Below are positions 1 to 13,544 of a stretch of DNA of 64,000 nucleotides, piece by piece (the stretch's first letter is position 1; each line of letters begins with the position of its first letter). The notes beneath the pieces are model-generated. The model did no database searches. It saw only the letters and a program-made list of their open reading frames with translations, and was not told where the DNA came from. The position numbers were made by a program, and so were the translations under genes. The DNA comes from Glycera tridactyla (taxonomy: Eukaryota): positions 41,478,001 to 41,542,000 of the forward strand of contig OZ286473.1 of assembly GCA_965644265.1 (NCBI GenBank), given 5' to 3'.

Positions 1-1267
1 AAGATATAACTAGGGCCATGTTTCACTGCCGTTGGATCAATAACAATGTGTCGATCCTGTGCATGTATTTTGGAATCACTGGCTGAACATCTTCACGTAA
101 GATTTTGGATGACAATTCGTCAATCGACAGTGTATAACACTAACACTGGTCCGCCAGTTGGAGACTGATGTATCAAGAGCGAGGAGCAGTGAATTCATGC
201 CAGTTCAGTGGTCCTCCTGACTGATGAATTATGAGTGCCCCATCCTGTGAGCTGGATGTGTTCACCAAATGGGAAGGTGTCCAACGAGTCTCCCAAACTG
301 ACTCCAGCAGGGCAATTAGGGTGTTTTAGATTTTCACTTTTTCGTTGGATCAATTAGTTGAGTTACGTTGGGGTGCCACTAGGGGTCCTTAGCACACATG
401 AAAAATTTGAAGAAAAAAAAGAACAGAGCTTGGTGAGCCCTGCCCCCAAATATTTGACGCATATTATATGAAAAAATCACTATATCTGAAAATCTGAGAC
501 ACCATAAGGGCAGTGATAGTCAAATTCTGAATCATATAAATGAGTTGGAATGACCCTATAGTGAAGGGGGTTGTGGTCAGTAGTAAGGGTGGGACGATTC
601 ACCGAAATTTTGATAATATCAATCGTTTGCAAAAGAAACAATCGTTTCGAAACTAGGAGTGTTTCGAAGTGTTTCAAAATACAAAGAAACATGGTTGATG
701 AGTACTCACAAATGCAAATGAATACAGAAAATGCACCTTGTTTAAAAAACCATTGCGAGAACCCGAATGATGGAGATTTGATGAACTTTTTACTAAAATT
801 GTCTGTATATTCGATAGTAATTGGCAATATTCCAAGGCCGCCAAAACATGGGTGGCTTGCTCATGTCACTCGCGACAGGGAGGACCATGCCAGACTCCTG
901 AAAGAGGGTTGCATGGCATTTCGTTTTGTGATTCATTTCGTGAGGTGTGTTTCTCGAAATGTTTCATATCGTGACCAATGTGTTTCGTCCCAGCCCTAGT
1001 CAGTAGAAACATGACACATGCAGCCAAGTTTGGAGGGAAGTTGCCCAGCATGTAGCATTTATAATGAAGGGGGTCATCGTCAGTAGAAACATGACACCTG
1101 CAGCCAAGGTTGGAGGGAAGTTGCCCAGCATGTAGCACTTATTAACCAATGCTCACCCATATTGGCCATGTTTCAGGTTGTGGCTATGTCTATCAGGCCA
1201 ATATCCAATGCCATTTGTGCATTACATCAACAAGACTTGATCTCACTGTTGAATAGCTTTAAGAGTA

Positions 1268-1443
1268 CAGTCGAACCACCTCTAAAGACCACCTCTCTAT
1301 AAAGACCACCTCCCTATAAAGACCACCCTGAGCTGCGACCGTGGAAGTATTTTCAACAGTAAATGACCTCTCTATAAAGACCATCTCCCTATAAAGGCCA
1401 CTTTTTTTAAGCCGAAGGCGGTCTTCATAGAGAGGTTCGAATG
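1268..1443. mobile_element. Tc1/mariner-type MITE, family with TIR CAGTCGAACC and TA target duplication
   Basis: TA|CAGTCGAACC ... GGTTCGAATG|TA with internal AAAGACCACCTC repeats; same family at 10658, 13545, 24239, 29107. Confidence 0.8.
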
Positions 1444-3292
1444 TATTATTAGTGTAGAATTTATGTTGAAACTAGAACTTGCTTATCCATTTTAAAAAAA
1501 AGTTGAAATCCTAGAACCATCTCTGTAAAATGGGTAAGGTGGTGGTTAAGATTTTATCCATTATGTTGCTGTTGGCATGTATTTTAACTCCGCCAAACAA
1601 AGCTGCACGAAATTTGTCAAATGTTTCTCAAACTATTTTTTGCCCTTGAGTTTTTCCCAGCCGAATACATCAATTTTTTGAAGTGAGACGTATGGCTTGT
1701 CCCAATTTCAAGATGACTCAGGAAAAACGAGGCCACAGAGTGGCAAGATACTGCTCACACAGGAGTACAGTGGGTCAACCTATACAGAAAAAGTTGTTTG
1801 ATTGGCTAAGCAATGCCAGCTAGTCACTGTGTGAAATATGAAAATCTAGTTTGGTCCACATCCATTAATGCTAGCTATATTTAGTGTAAAATAGGAAAAT
1901 CTACTAATAGCTCCTTTGACCTTGTCCTTTGAATTTCGGGGACATAAATGTAATACTGGAGTACTATTTTTACATAAATCACATTTTTGAATTTTTATGA
2001 AAATTTGACCAGCTAATCTAAAGTCATTACAAGAAATGTGACTGGACATATGTATGTACACCGTTACGTAGAGACGCTGGGAGGTGAAAGTATAATAACC
2101 TGCTTTTTCATAAGTGGGGTATAAAAATGGCAGGACCAGTGGAATACTGGGAGAACCAGTGACTTTTTTCATTTCACTTATCCTCTGGACAGGTGAATGA
2201 GAATCGTTAACGTTATACACTGATCAAGTTGGCAACCCCATTTGCTAACCTAAGAAAGTGATAGGTAAGATGTTATCAGCAAGCGTACACCAGCTGAGGC
2301 CATGTAGAGCATGGAATCCTCTCAATAAGAGACGGTGGTCGACCCTGGGTACAAAGAGGTCTCCAGAATGCGCCTAATGACAGTCTGTGCCAAAAACTTT
2401 TGGCAGCACTAGGCCGGTCGGGCTAGTACATGGGCAGTTCTACCAGCCCGAACCTCAATTCACTAGCCCAAAACTATTTGAAGATCATGGGGGGGGGGGG
2501 GGTATCGAAAATGAACCATTCAATCATGGAAAATAATTTATTGTTCTGCTCCTGTTTTCAATGAAACAAGCTCTTGCAAGAATCTCCCCGCTGATAACAT
2601 CTCCCTGTCACGGGTGTCGATGTGGCAGCTGCTGGTGGGCTACACACATCACCCTCCTTGCACTTCTGCAGTGTTGTATTCGTGAGTTTATTGAGAAGTT
2701 TCTTACTAGCCCGGTCAGGCTACCTCTTGGCATGTATTAATAGCCCGAATGGATTTCTACTAGCCCCGGGCTTCGGGCTAGTGGTTAAAGTCGCCATCTG
2801 TAATGAGCACATCGATTCGGCTGAGAATATCTCTGTGAACATGTTTCACATAGCCATGCACTAATAATAATGATGATAATAATAATGGTATTGTGTGGCA
2901 TTTATATTGCGCCATTTTATCAGGGGCAGCCCCTGCTCAAAGGTGCTTGCTTGTCCAGTCATATTACTGAAAAAGCTTCTCTTGGCTTATTCATATGCCT
3001 CTCTGAGGAGATAGGTCGCCAGACGACACTCGAAAGTTTCAAGGGTTTTACACTGACGGACTGGGATGGGTAGGCCATTCCAGAGAGTTGGTGCTGCGAA
3101 GAAAATGCACTGTCCCCATAAGTTGGGGCTTTGGGGGGCACTTTCAGGATGATGGCTTGGTTGGATCATGTACTCATGCCTGATTGCTTGTGAACTTTTA
3201 GTAGGTTTCGAATATACCTTGGTGCCATTATGTGCAGTGATTTATAGGTAAGCAATGACAAAAACTAAGATAGCTTGAACTCTTCTGGTTAG

Positions 3293-4847
3293 TTTTTATA
3301 CCCCGCTCTTGAAAAAGCGGGGTATTATAGTTTCACCTCCGGTGTCCGTATGTACGTGCGTGCGTACGTACGTCTGTCCGCTCACATTTCATGCAATAAC
3401 TTTGGATTGGCTGGTCCAATTTCCATAAAACTTGATAACTGTGATCTATGTAAAAATCGTATTCCAGAATTTGATTTTTGTACCCGAAAGGTCGGAGGTC
3501 AAGGTCACAGGATCTATTTATAGATTTTCTTATTTTACACTCTAACTCAAGCTAGCCTCGATGGATATGCACCAGACTCGCACAAAGTGATAACCCAATG
3601 GTGGGCCACCTCCCTTTCGATGCATGTGACCCTAGGTCAAAGGTCAAGGTCAGAGCTATTTATAGATTTTCTTATTTTACACTCTTAACTCAAGCTAGCC
3701 TCAATGGATATGCACCAAACTTACACAACATAATTAACCATTGGTGGGCTACCTCCCTTTCGATGTATTTGAAGCCAGGTCAAAGGTCAAGGTCACAGGA
3801 GCTATTTATAGATTTTCCCATTTTACGCTCTAACTCAAGCTATCATCGATGGATATATACCAAACTTACACAAATTGATCACCCAATGGTGGGCCACCTC
3901 CCTTTTGATGCATGTAACCCTAGGTCAAAGGTCAAGGTCACAGGAGCTATTTATAGATTTCCCCATTTTACACTCTAACTCAAGCTACCATTGATGGATA
4001 TATACCAAACTTACACAAAGTGATCACCCAATGGTGGGCCAACTTCCTCTTGATGCATTTGATCTAGGTCAAAGGTCAAGGTCACAGGAGCTATTTATAG
4101 ATTTTCTCATTTTACGCACTAACTCAAGCTAGCATGGATGGAGATGCACCAAACCTACACAAATTAATCACCCTATGGTGGGTCACCTCCCTTTCAATGT
4201 ATTTGAACCTAGGTCAAAGGTCAAGGTCACAGGAGCTATTTATAGATTTTCTTTTTTCACACTATAACTCAAGCTAGCTTTGATGGATATTGAGTAGATT
4301 TACACAGCGCAATGATCCAATGATTGTACATCTCCCTTTCGATGTAGGGGACCCTAGGTCAAAGGTCAAGGTCACAGGAGCTATTTATAGATCTTCTCAT
4401 TTTACATTCCAGCTCAGGCTTGCATTGATCGATATGCACCAAACATACACAAAGTAATGACCCAATGGTTAGACATCTCTCTTTCGATGCATGTGACCCG
4501 AGGTCAAATGTCGAGGTCACCGGAGCTATTTTTAATATCCGGATCTCACACAATAACTCAGGCTAGCATTGTTGGATAAAGATCAAACTGATCTGGGATG
4601 ATCAAGCAATGTTGCAACATCTCCCTTTCAATGCATGTGACCCTAAATCATAGGTCAAGGTGAAGGTTACAGGTGCTACTATTAGATTTTCACATTCTAC
4701 ACAGTGACCCAGTGACTTATTACATAGCCAACCGCACATCTCACTGAACATTTCCGATATGGGTGACCCACTGTGCTCCCGTGTACGATATGGGTGACCC
4801 AATGTGCTACCGTGTGCAGGGTATCTTGCCTCTCTGTGGCCTTGTTT
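3293..4847 (+). mobile_element. Non-autonomous Helentron-like element (DINE-1/HINE architecture)
   Basis: Starts TTTTTATACCCCGCT with a 10-bp hairpin (3298-3307/3316-3325), then a GTCC/CGTA-type microsatellite and a central tandem array; 3' GGGTAT (4819-4824) plus short hairpin GCC-N7-GGC and CTTGTTT; T-rich ends on both sides. Confidence 0.75.
3490..4690 (+). repeat. ~145-bp tandem array, about 8-9 units, inside the HINE-like element
   Basis: AGGTCAAA(G/T)GTC anchor recurs at 3634, 3777, 3922, 4066, 4211, 4356, 4501 (spacing 143-145). Confidence 0.95.
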
Positions 4848-5560
4848 CATATGTGCAATATCAAATCTTGTTTCTCTTCTCTAGGATTTTTCATCAACTT
4901 TTTCAAATTCTGTGGCAGTGTCACTGGTTTGAAGAATAGTTGGGAAATTTGGAATCTTTTACTTAGTCTGTGTATTTTGGGATGTAAAAGGTAAATGTAC
5001 TAGAATACAGTCTGGTATCCTCAGCAAGTTAACCGGACTTTACAATCACATTGCTTGGTAGGCCTGTTCAAGCTTGAGCCCCTCTCGTCTCCCTGTGGAA
5101 TAGACAGCCACAAACATAGATTTAACTGCCAAGCCCTCTACAATCACCATCACTGCCTATATGCCAAGTACCCATTCACACCTGGGTGAAGTGAAGGGGT
5201 GGAGTACTGAGGTCCCACTCAGTTACTTCCACACAGGAGTGCCTCCCTAGTGAGTAGTGCAGATCATACAGATCTATGTGATGGTGCAGGTCAGGTATGG
5301 AATGGTGAATCTTGTCCATTTTGGTCACCAATCCGAGGAGGGGCCCTGCTCACTGTTGTAAACAGTGCTGNNNNNNNNNNNNNNNNNNNNNNNNNNNNNN
5401 NNNNNNNNNNNNNNNNNNNNNNNNNNNNNNNNNNNNNNNNNNNNNNNNNNNNNNNNNNNNNNNNNNNNNNNNNNNNNNNNNNNNNNNNNNNNNNNNNNNC
5501 TCTATGTCCTGATTTGCAGAGTTGTGGCGGTTTGCTGTTAGAGATGTTCCATATTAGGTA

Positions 5561-5737
5561 CAATGAAACCTGCGATGGGAGACCGCTACATATGTCACCA
5601 AAAAGCCGTCTCTCAAAAGAGGTGGTCTCTAGTCGGAGGTATATTTGACTAGGTCAAATAGATAGGCTGCCCTAAAAAAAGGGGACTCTTGTCGAAGGTG
5701 GTCTTTCATCAGGGGTCTCTCGCCAGAGGTTCCACTG
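5561..5737. mobile_element. Tc1/mariner-type MITE, diverged subfamily
   Basis: TA|CAATGAAACC ... GGTTCCACTG|TA. Confidence 0.55.
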
Positions 5738-5784
5738 TATCATTAATTTACTGTCCCATCACTTCCAATATCAGCATGAAAATG

Positions 5785-6003
5785 CAGGGCTCTACATAAT
5801 TTTTTTTCAGCTGTTCTTCGGGCAGGTGAAGAAGGATTTTCACCTGCACTACCCAACATTCTCACCTGCCCTTCTGCATATGATCATAGATACAATAGTG
5901 GTTGTTCACCTGTCCATCAGGCAGGCAGATTGATGAAATCACCTGCCCTAACATCATATCTGCCTGCCTGTGCCAGTAGGGCAACCTTCAGTGTAGAGCC
6001 CTG
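5785..6003. mobile_element. hAT-like MITE
   Basis: Perfect 12-bp TIR CAGGGCTCTACA/TGTAGAGCCCTG and internal CACCTGCCC repeats; no conserved 8-bp TSD. Confidence 0.6.
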
Positions 6004-6043
6004 AAATATCCTAATTCTCAGTGTTCTTCTCATCTGCTTGCAG

Positions 6044-6370
6044 CCTGCCTTCAAACAAGAGTGTCAGGATTGCCTCGTGATGCGCGGGCCGTTCTTCTGG
6101 GACTTCCTCACCTGCTCCAATTGTGGAGACAAGGTCAACGTCTGCGAATGTAAGCGAGAACAGAGACCCGATGACGGAAAGAAACCTCACCGCAGCAACC
6201 TCTGTCAAAAGTGCCAGCTTGGCTATCCCTGCATTCGAGGCCGAACGGTCGAGGAGGTGGATCTTCCGCGGCAATTACCTGACAATCGCAAAAATCAGAG
6301 AGAGATGGCCGCTGACCGTGACGCCATGGTTGATGAAGTGCGCTCAACTCTTGCTTCTATGCGGGTGTGA
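6044..6370 (+). CDS. Terminal coding exon of a ZAR1-like / 3CxxC-type zinc-binding protein (phase 0; upstream exons not found)
   Basis: Pyrimidine tract + CAG acceptor at 6041-6043. PAFKQECQDC...P...LTCSNC...CEC...DGKKPHRSNLCQKC matches the ZAR1 C-terminal pattern FKQxCxxC...TCxxC...CxC...KxPHRxxLCxxC. Stop at 6368-6370; possible GTAAGT donor 2 nt later. Confidence 0.7.
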   Translation, partial: PAFKQECQDCLVMRGPFFWDFLTCSNCGDKVNVCECKREQRPDDGKKPHRSNLCQKCQLGYPCIRGRTVEEVDLPRQLPDNRKNQREMAADRDAMVDEVRSTLASMRV

Positions 6371-6937
6371 GAGTAAGTCTTAAACCTGCTGTTATTTACT
6401 GGATTCAGCCGTCTGATCTCCCATTTTGTGGGCATGAGCAGTTACATGCCTGGGCTCATATGGCCCATAAACTATAAATAATATGGTCCATGACTCGAAG
6501 TCATGGGACATCTCCCATCTATCGATCATCAATAGGGACAAAAAAAGCTAGGCCACTGGACCCATGACAGGTGATATTGATGGGCCAGAATGGCAAAAAT
6601 GCGGTTGATGTCCCTGGTACCAGTGTTATATACTGGTACATATTTTTGGGTTGTGGGTTGTGTGTTGTATCACATCCGNNNNNNNNNNNNNNNNNNNNNN
6701 NNNNNNNNNNNNNNNNNNNNNNNNNNNNNNNNNNNNNNNNNNNNNNNNNNNNNNNNNNNNNNNNNNNNNNNNNNNNNNNNNNNNNNNNNNNNNNNNNNNN
6801 NNNNNNNNNNNNNNNNNNNNNNNNNNNNNNNNNNNNNNNNNNNNNNNNNNNNNNNNTGCATGCATGTGCATGTTTATGTATGCGCATGAATGCATGTGAG
6901 GGGGCACTTCATTGAGTATTTACTCTCCAGGTTTCCA

Positions 6938-7148
6938 TGTGTGTGTGTATATGTATATGTGTGTGTCTGTATGCACACGTGCATGTGTGTATTTGTGTAT
7001 ATATATGTTTGTGTGTGTGTGTGCGTGCGAATGAGTGCGCATGCATTTGCATAATTGTGTTTTGTATGTGTGAGTGAGTGAGTGAGTGTGTGTGTGTGTG
7101 TGTGCGCGCGTGCGTGTGTGTGCGCGCGCGTGTGTGTGTGTGTGTGTT
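6938..7148. repeat. (TG)n/(CG)n compound microsatellite
   Basis: Direct reading. Confidence 0.9.
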
Positions 7149-10090
7149 TGACAGAACCTAGATTTCCTGTTTATCTCTGCCAATACCATGTGCAGGCAGG
7201 CATACATCATGTAATCATTGCAAGGCAAAGTAATTATATGATTATTGGTGTCACTGGTCCTCGGAGGAACAGTAGGGATAAATATCCAGGAAGTTGGAAA
7301 GTAGTCGCAAGAAATAGACTGTACAGCGGAGCAAACCTTAGCGTAGAGCCCTGAACAGAAGATTTTGTTCATCCCATTATGAAATGGAACATGCAGAGAT
7401 TAAAATGTCTTAGTATTGATCACATGATTCATGCAAACAAAGCCATGATCTCAGAACTTAACTATTACAGAATTTGTAGAATTTCCTATTCTTCTATGAG
7501 TTGCCATTTGTACTTATTTTTGCACACTTGGTTTGGATTTCTCTCACGATCCAAGATTGATTGTGAATGAAGAAGGATTTAAAAATTTGTAAATGGATAA
7601 CATATTTGCTGAAGAAATAAAGCAGAACATGTCAATTTTCAACATGGATTTGGCAGGCCCTAAAACTGTTCACAAAGGCCACCCTTTTTGGCATCAGAGG
7701 TGCATGGGTATTTATAGATATGTGGTCTTTGTTGAGAGAAATTACATTATCATCAAATGCTGTTGAAGTCACAGCACTGGCGGGGCATCATAGGCAGGTG
7801 GCTCTTGTATGGAGGTGGTCTGTAGAACAGGTTTGACTGTATTTACTGATTACTCATATGATAGTGAATTGTAATTACACTTACACATGCGTGCTTATAA
7901 TTGTTCACAATGTCATATTTACTATGTTATTAAACTTGTTTCATGGCTTTTAGATCATCTTCCATGATTGTTTGCAAAATAGTGTTCACTTCATCATTAG
8001 ACATGATTCATAGCATTTGTAACTTCTGATTGCCAAGACTTACATGTGCACTAAAGATACCCGGTAGGGTGTCAGGAAATCTAAATTTTTCCAGCAGGGA
8101 TCTAGGCATAGCCGGGCTTCAAGACTTCAGCTACATAGAATAAGCATGCAATATCACAGGAGTCCTGCTTCAATGCCTTGATTGTTGGAATCACACCTCT
8201 GAATTTGGCTTGGTAGTGAAATATGGAAAGATTTCCATAATTTTGACCAACTTTGACCACTTATAGATGGAGAAAAATCGAAATTTTCTGCCCAGTGAAA
8301 AAATGTTAACAACAATAGATATTTTTTGGTGCTTTGACCATGTAGGACACTGATCTTTATCGTCCTATCAACTTGGTATGTCACTTTGACATTTGACGAA
8401 AACTCTGACTTTTGCCTTTCACACACTGCTAGCATTCTGTTAAGAGAGTGAATTTTCCGGGCTAATTATCTTAATGTGATTCTAAGGTAGGATTTTGAGG
8501 AATGCACTCGCATTCTTCTGTCATTCTCTGGCTACTGTGATTTTTTTTGCGGGAAAACATGATTAGAAGTTGTGATTGGATCGGGTGATATGCCCGGTAG
8601 GGTGTGACTACACGGGTCCCCGTCTGCAGTTATTGTTGTTTCTCTGTACTTTATGTTGATTTTATCCCCACAGTAATTTTTAATCATTTCATTTCAAGTC
8701 TGTGATTGGGTAACTTCCTTTCAGGCAGTTATCGACAAGTCATATTCTCACTGTGAATGATTATTCCCTGGTTACCTGGTGGTCATCTGTAGTCATATTG
8801 TGTCCTGAACAATCGCTCATCTACAGTTGGCTTGCCTTTTTTACCTACTGTTTGCTGATAATTCTTTGGAATGTCTATCTGAATTAAAAATATGAATGCC
8901 AATAAGATAAATATTGTCGCCCATAATCTCCTCAAATTTCACCCATTTTACCAGTGTTTGTGAGGTATCAGGAAGTTTTTCTGTTGAAAGTAGAGAGTTA
9001 GGAATCAGTACCTTTTTATCTGAGAATTGAATGATATAGGATTCATTTCAATTGGTTGATTGATTTTTGATTGATGTTTACTTGACACTTCAGGATGATA
9101 GATAGGAAGGCATGAGTTTATGTGTGAAAAGACAGTGAAAGATAAACAAATATATATGAGAAAATTATGCGCTCTGTCTTGTTAAAAAGTAAAACAGTAA
9201 AATTTATTACAAGGTGATATCAACTGGTGGAAAACCCAATTTGATTGACCAAATCGATTCATCTCAATGCTAGAATATACCTACTTATAGCTGCATTTTT
9301 GTACTACACACAGTGACTAAGTAGCATTATCAAAATCTTGTGATATTGTTTCATGGATGTGTGGCACTATTTCCTTCTTAATGCTAGTTCAATCGTGAAA
9401 ATCTGCCGTTTTGAAGAACATCTCATATTTCTTCACTATTGTATATGTAATAATTTTGGCAGCATCAGTTCTTGTTCTTCACATATATTCTACCCTGATT
9501 CTTTCTAGAAATGATTCTCCCGTTTTGGCACAATTACTATGGATAAAATGGTTACCAGCCATGCCAGTTCTTGGTTACTAGAGGTGCAAATCTGTTTACT
9601 CAGAAGTGGGATGGGATTGTACTACATGCATGGAGATTAGAGAATGTTGGGAGTCACATGGAGTGAGAAAAATGTTAGTTTTACGCCCCGAAAAAGAGAC
9701 AAATTTTATTTTTGCTTCTGGAGAATAAAGCATATGCGGCCTTACTTACTATTGAACCCTGACTGTCTGATTATGTATTGTAGGGGAATGGATGAATGTT
9801 ATTATGTAGTGTTATTCCTTGAGTATAATGTTGTTTGAATTAAAAACATTGTCATGATAAAGTGGGTTTTTTTTCTTTCATGCTTGGCAGCACAGTCATG
9901 TGTACTCATCAGATTTGCTGCAGATATCCATTGGAGAAAGAAACTATATATTACTCGAAAATTTATAAGTGTGAGGGCAATGTGATGGTACGCTAGTCTG
10001 TATTGAAGTCAAATGTGAGTCAATATTGTCTAATGCTTTTCCTTGTTTCAAGTACTGTGCTTTGCAAAAAAAAAAGAGAAGCATAGCTAT

Positions 10091-10369
10091 CAGGCTTGAG
10101 TGTTAGCTCTCAGCCGGTTACACAGTTAGATATGCCATTATCAGGTTCAATATATCTTTTTTGTAGAGTTGATAGAGGTGTGTCTGAACCATCAGCTACT
10201 TCCACTTGACAACCTTTCAGGTTCCCCATCATCTTGTGTTCAGGGTTTGTGAGAGTGATGTCTGCAGGGGAGAGACGATCTAGCTTTCATGAACCAGGAA
10301 CACACGTCATACATAATCCTGTGGGTTGATACATGCCGTTAAGCCTCAAACTAACAAACAAAACAAAAC
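10091..10369 (+). mobile_element. Retroposon family B (SINE or LINE 3' end), tail GCCGTTAAACCTC(AAAC)n
   Basis: Homologous copies at ~12241-12522, 39266-39810, 42570-43235, 45326-45870, 48630-49117; variable 5' ends and a shared (AAAC)n 3' tail. Confidence 0.65.
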
Positions 10370-10657
10370 TTTACCTCCATTGGACAATTCTTTGAACTGA
10401 TCACAGTCATTTGTCAAAATCATAGTTTCGGAATGAAGTAGCGAAATTATGAAGTAAAGTCTAAGTGTTGAGTTGCAAAAATTCCCAGGAGTGTTCAGAG
10501 ATTAAACAATTCAACACCTCTAAGTAAAAATTAACAACCAGTCATGAGATGGGCTGATGAAAGGATCCAGGTGGATTTTGAAAGCTTCTCATTTTGCTAT
10601 TTGAACTACACATCTCCCTCATACATCACCGAATAACAATAGCCTTCTATATATATA

Positions 10658-10817
10658 CAGTCGAACCTCTATATAAAGACCGTCTTCGGTCGCATCAAAA
10701 GGCAGTCTTTATGGGCAGATGGTTTTTATAGAGAGGTCATTTACTGTTGAAAATACCACCATGGTCGCAGCTCAGGTGATCTTCATAGAGAGGTGGTCTT
10801 TAGAGCAGGTTCGACTG
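10658..10817. mobile_element. Tc1/mariner-type MITE
   Basis: TA|CAGTCGAACC ... GGTTCGACTG|TA. Confidence 0.85.
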
Positions 10818-12240
10818 TATTGCTGGTTATGAGAGCCTCACCTTCCGTTTCCGAACCAGAAGGAGGAGTCTTGAAAGATCCCACCATGCAATCACAATAT
10901 AGCCCACATGGTGCTGACGTGACGTTAAACCAGAACCAACCAACCAAATTGTCCAACTTCATATATATTAAGGAGATTATGCTGACATTTCCTAAACTCC
11001 TGACATGCTGAATTCCATTCAAGCACTGTGGGACTCGGGTTGCATTGCATTCACAAGTACCTATAATAAGAATACCAAATATAGACTTATATTTGAGGAT
11101 CAGGTAAAAGCCACCCTGACTGTTGGATTTGGATACTCTTGAAAATTCACTGTGAATTGCTGCCATTGACTTTTGTCCAGTACGAGTACTCTTGAAAATT
11201 CAATGTGAATTTCTGTCTTTGACCTTTGTCCAAATCAAGCCATAGATTCATCCCATCTTTCTCTAGCCACCCCCAAAAGAGGGATCATGAATGATCCCAC
11301 CAACGGCGATTGCATAGGCGTCTCAATATAGCCCAGCTGCTGCTCACAAGACATCAAACAATCAACCGACCTCCAACCCAATGCTTTGGGTAATAGTCAG
11401 GTAATAGTCAAGTGAAACAACTCACTATCATGACCACTTTCTGATTAGTAAGACGTGACCATTGATTTGACATCTATGGAATATTTATAAGAAATTATCC
11501 CTCATGCCCCATGCGATAAGGGTTGTGTATTGCTCCAGAGGCCCAAATCCAAAATGGCCACTGGCAGCCATCTTGGAAAACTAACTTTTGAACCAATGCA
11601 CCTAGAATCGTGCACAAAAGCACTTATATTGCTAAAGCAACAATGAGGATTCCAAATCTGGCATTAGTTTGATGGTATGACATCATTTTTACCAAGAAAT
11701 CTGAGATGGATGTCATTTGGTCGAACAAAATCATAACTTTGCAGATACGAAATGAGGCTTCAGTGTGAGAGAACTAAGTTCCTGATAAGTGAACCTTTGG
11801 GGGGGGGGGGGGGGATACCTTGTTGTAAAATGATGGATGAATGATTGATTGAGTGGTTGCTTGACATCTATGATTGGATGTGTTGAGATGCTGATGCACC
11901 CAGCATGTGTTATGAGGACCTTTACAACCAATCTCTTATGGGAGATTCATGAGATAGGAAAATCAAAAACACATGCATACGAGTGTGTCATTTCAAATCT
12001 GTGCAATGTAAGATATCATGACTGGAAGCTCATTTTATGTCAAATAATATCAATTTTAATGGCTGTGAAATCAACCTATCAAATCAATGAAAACCAGTGA
12101 AAACATTTCCTAATACAGAGTCATACATATAGGCATGAGTACATAGATGTACAAAATCGCACTGTTATTGTTACTGTTGGTGTTTAATCTCATATTCAAG
12201 TTTCTTTCTAACCTCTGTACCATGGTCTATATTTACTGCA

Positions 12241-12522
12241 TTCCTATCAGGCTTGGGTATTAGCTTCCAGTCAGCTATATAGTTAGATATGCCATCATAG
12301 GTTTATTATGTTCAGATTAGGTAGAGGTGTGTTTGAACTGTCAGCTACTTCAACTTGACAACCTTTCAGGTTCCCCGTCATCTTGTGTTCAGGGTTTGTG
12401 AGAGTGATGTCTGCAGGGGAGAGAACGTCTATCTTTTATTAACCAGGAACACATGGCATAAATAATCCTGTGGGTTGATACATGCCGTTAAACCTCAAAC
12501 AAATAAACAACAAACCAAAAAA
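12241..12522 (+). mobile_element. Retroposon family B copy
   Basis: Homologous to 10091-10369; ends GCCGTTAAACCTCAAACAAATAAACAACAAAC. Confidence 0.65.
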
Positions 12523-13544
12523 CAAACTAGCTATTTACTATCCCCTGCCCGAAATGATAGCGCTGCTCACAATATAGAGACACAGTTTACATCAGCGCTT
12601 TCGAAATCAGAGGTCAGTGTTCAGGGTATGATTTTCAGCGTAGTGTACTTAGGTGATGTTATAGGACAAATATAGAGAGTGCCCCCGCCCTTCCATAAGT
12701 AGGAGTCTTGGATGATTCCACCCACATCCATTGCATGGGAGTCACAGTATAGCACATATCGCGCTGACGTGACATCGAACCAGTGCCAACAAACCGTAAC
12801 CGTAACTGTAGACAGGTAATTTCAAACCTAACCAGTAATATCAGAAACGACACTTTGACTGTCTGGCCAAGTGGATAGAGCCACCGGCCAAATTGGGGAG
12901 CACGTCGCATGGACATGAGCATTAACAGTGAGGTGCCTGTTATAGTCATAACAGTGACTCCTAGTGGCAACTAGTGAAAATAAAAGCTCTCTCATTCACT
13001 TGATGACTGGTGTATCAGGGCGGGGGTTGCAGCATAGGTATTCAATCCAAGAAGACAAAGATGACGTCCATACAATGAGGACCACTTCAATGGGGATTCA
13101 GCAACCATATTACGCTGAGGTGGATATGGCTTTCGTAATTGTTGAACAAGATTTCACCTCTACAGGTGGCCCTGGAAGTGAAGAAATTTCCATGAAAAGT
13201 GACTCATTGATTCCCGCACTATTGCGAGTTTTCACTGATGCCGTCATCTGGAGAACTACATAAATCATATACGTCTATACTCGGAACATCCTTCCCTACA
13301 TATACGTGAAAACGGCAGGTTGATCTTGCGAAGAATTTCTTCATAGATTGAGGAAAAAATTGTCGGTCGGCTTTGACAGCTTGCATCTGGCCTCATTCAT
13401 CCAGAATATGAATTACTCACCGTGTCAAGAATCAATGCGCGATCAGAACATGGACCAGGGGTGGTGATATCTAACAAAAATGTAACCATTACCATCCATG
13501 CATCCTATATACTTATGACTGTTTTATTGGTGCACATACACATA

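Noticed and set aside
480-999. Overlapping 115-aa and 142-aa ORFs
   Set aside because: No domain or splice support; probably part of an unclassified repeat
12833-13263. Coding-looking segment with a 99-aa + ORF (12964-13263) and splice-like sites on the minus strand
   Set aside because: No recognisable domain, and all three minus frames contain stops between the putative splice sites
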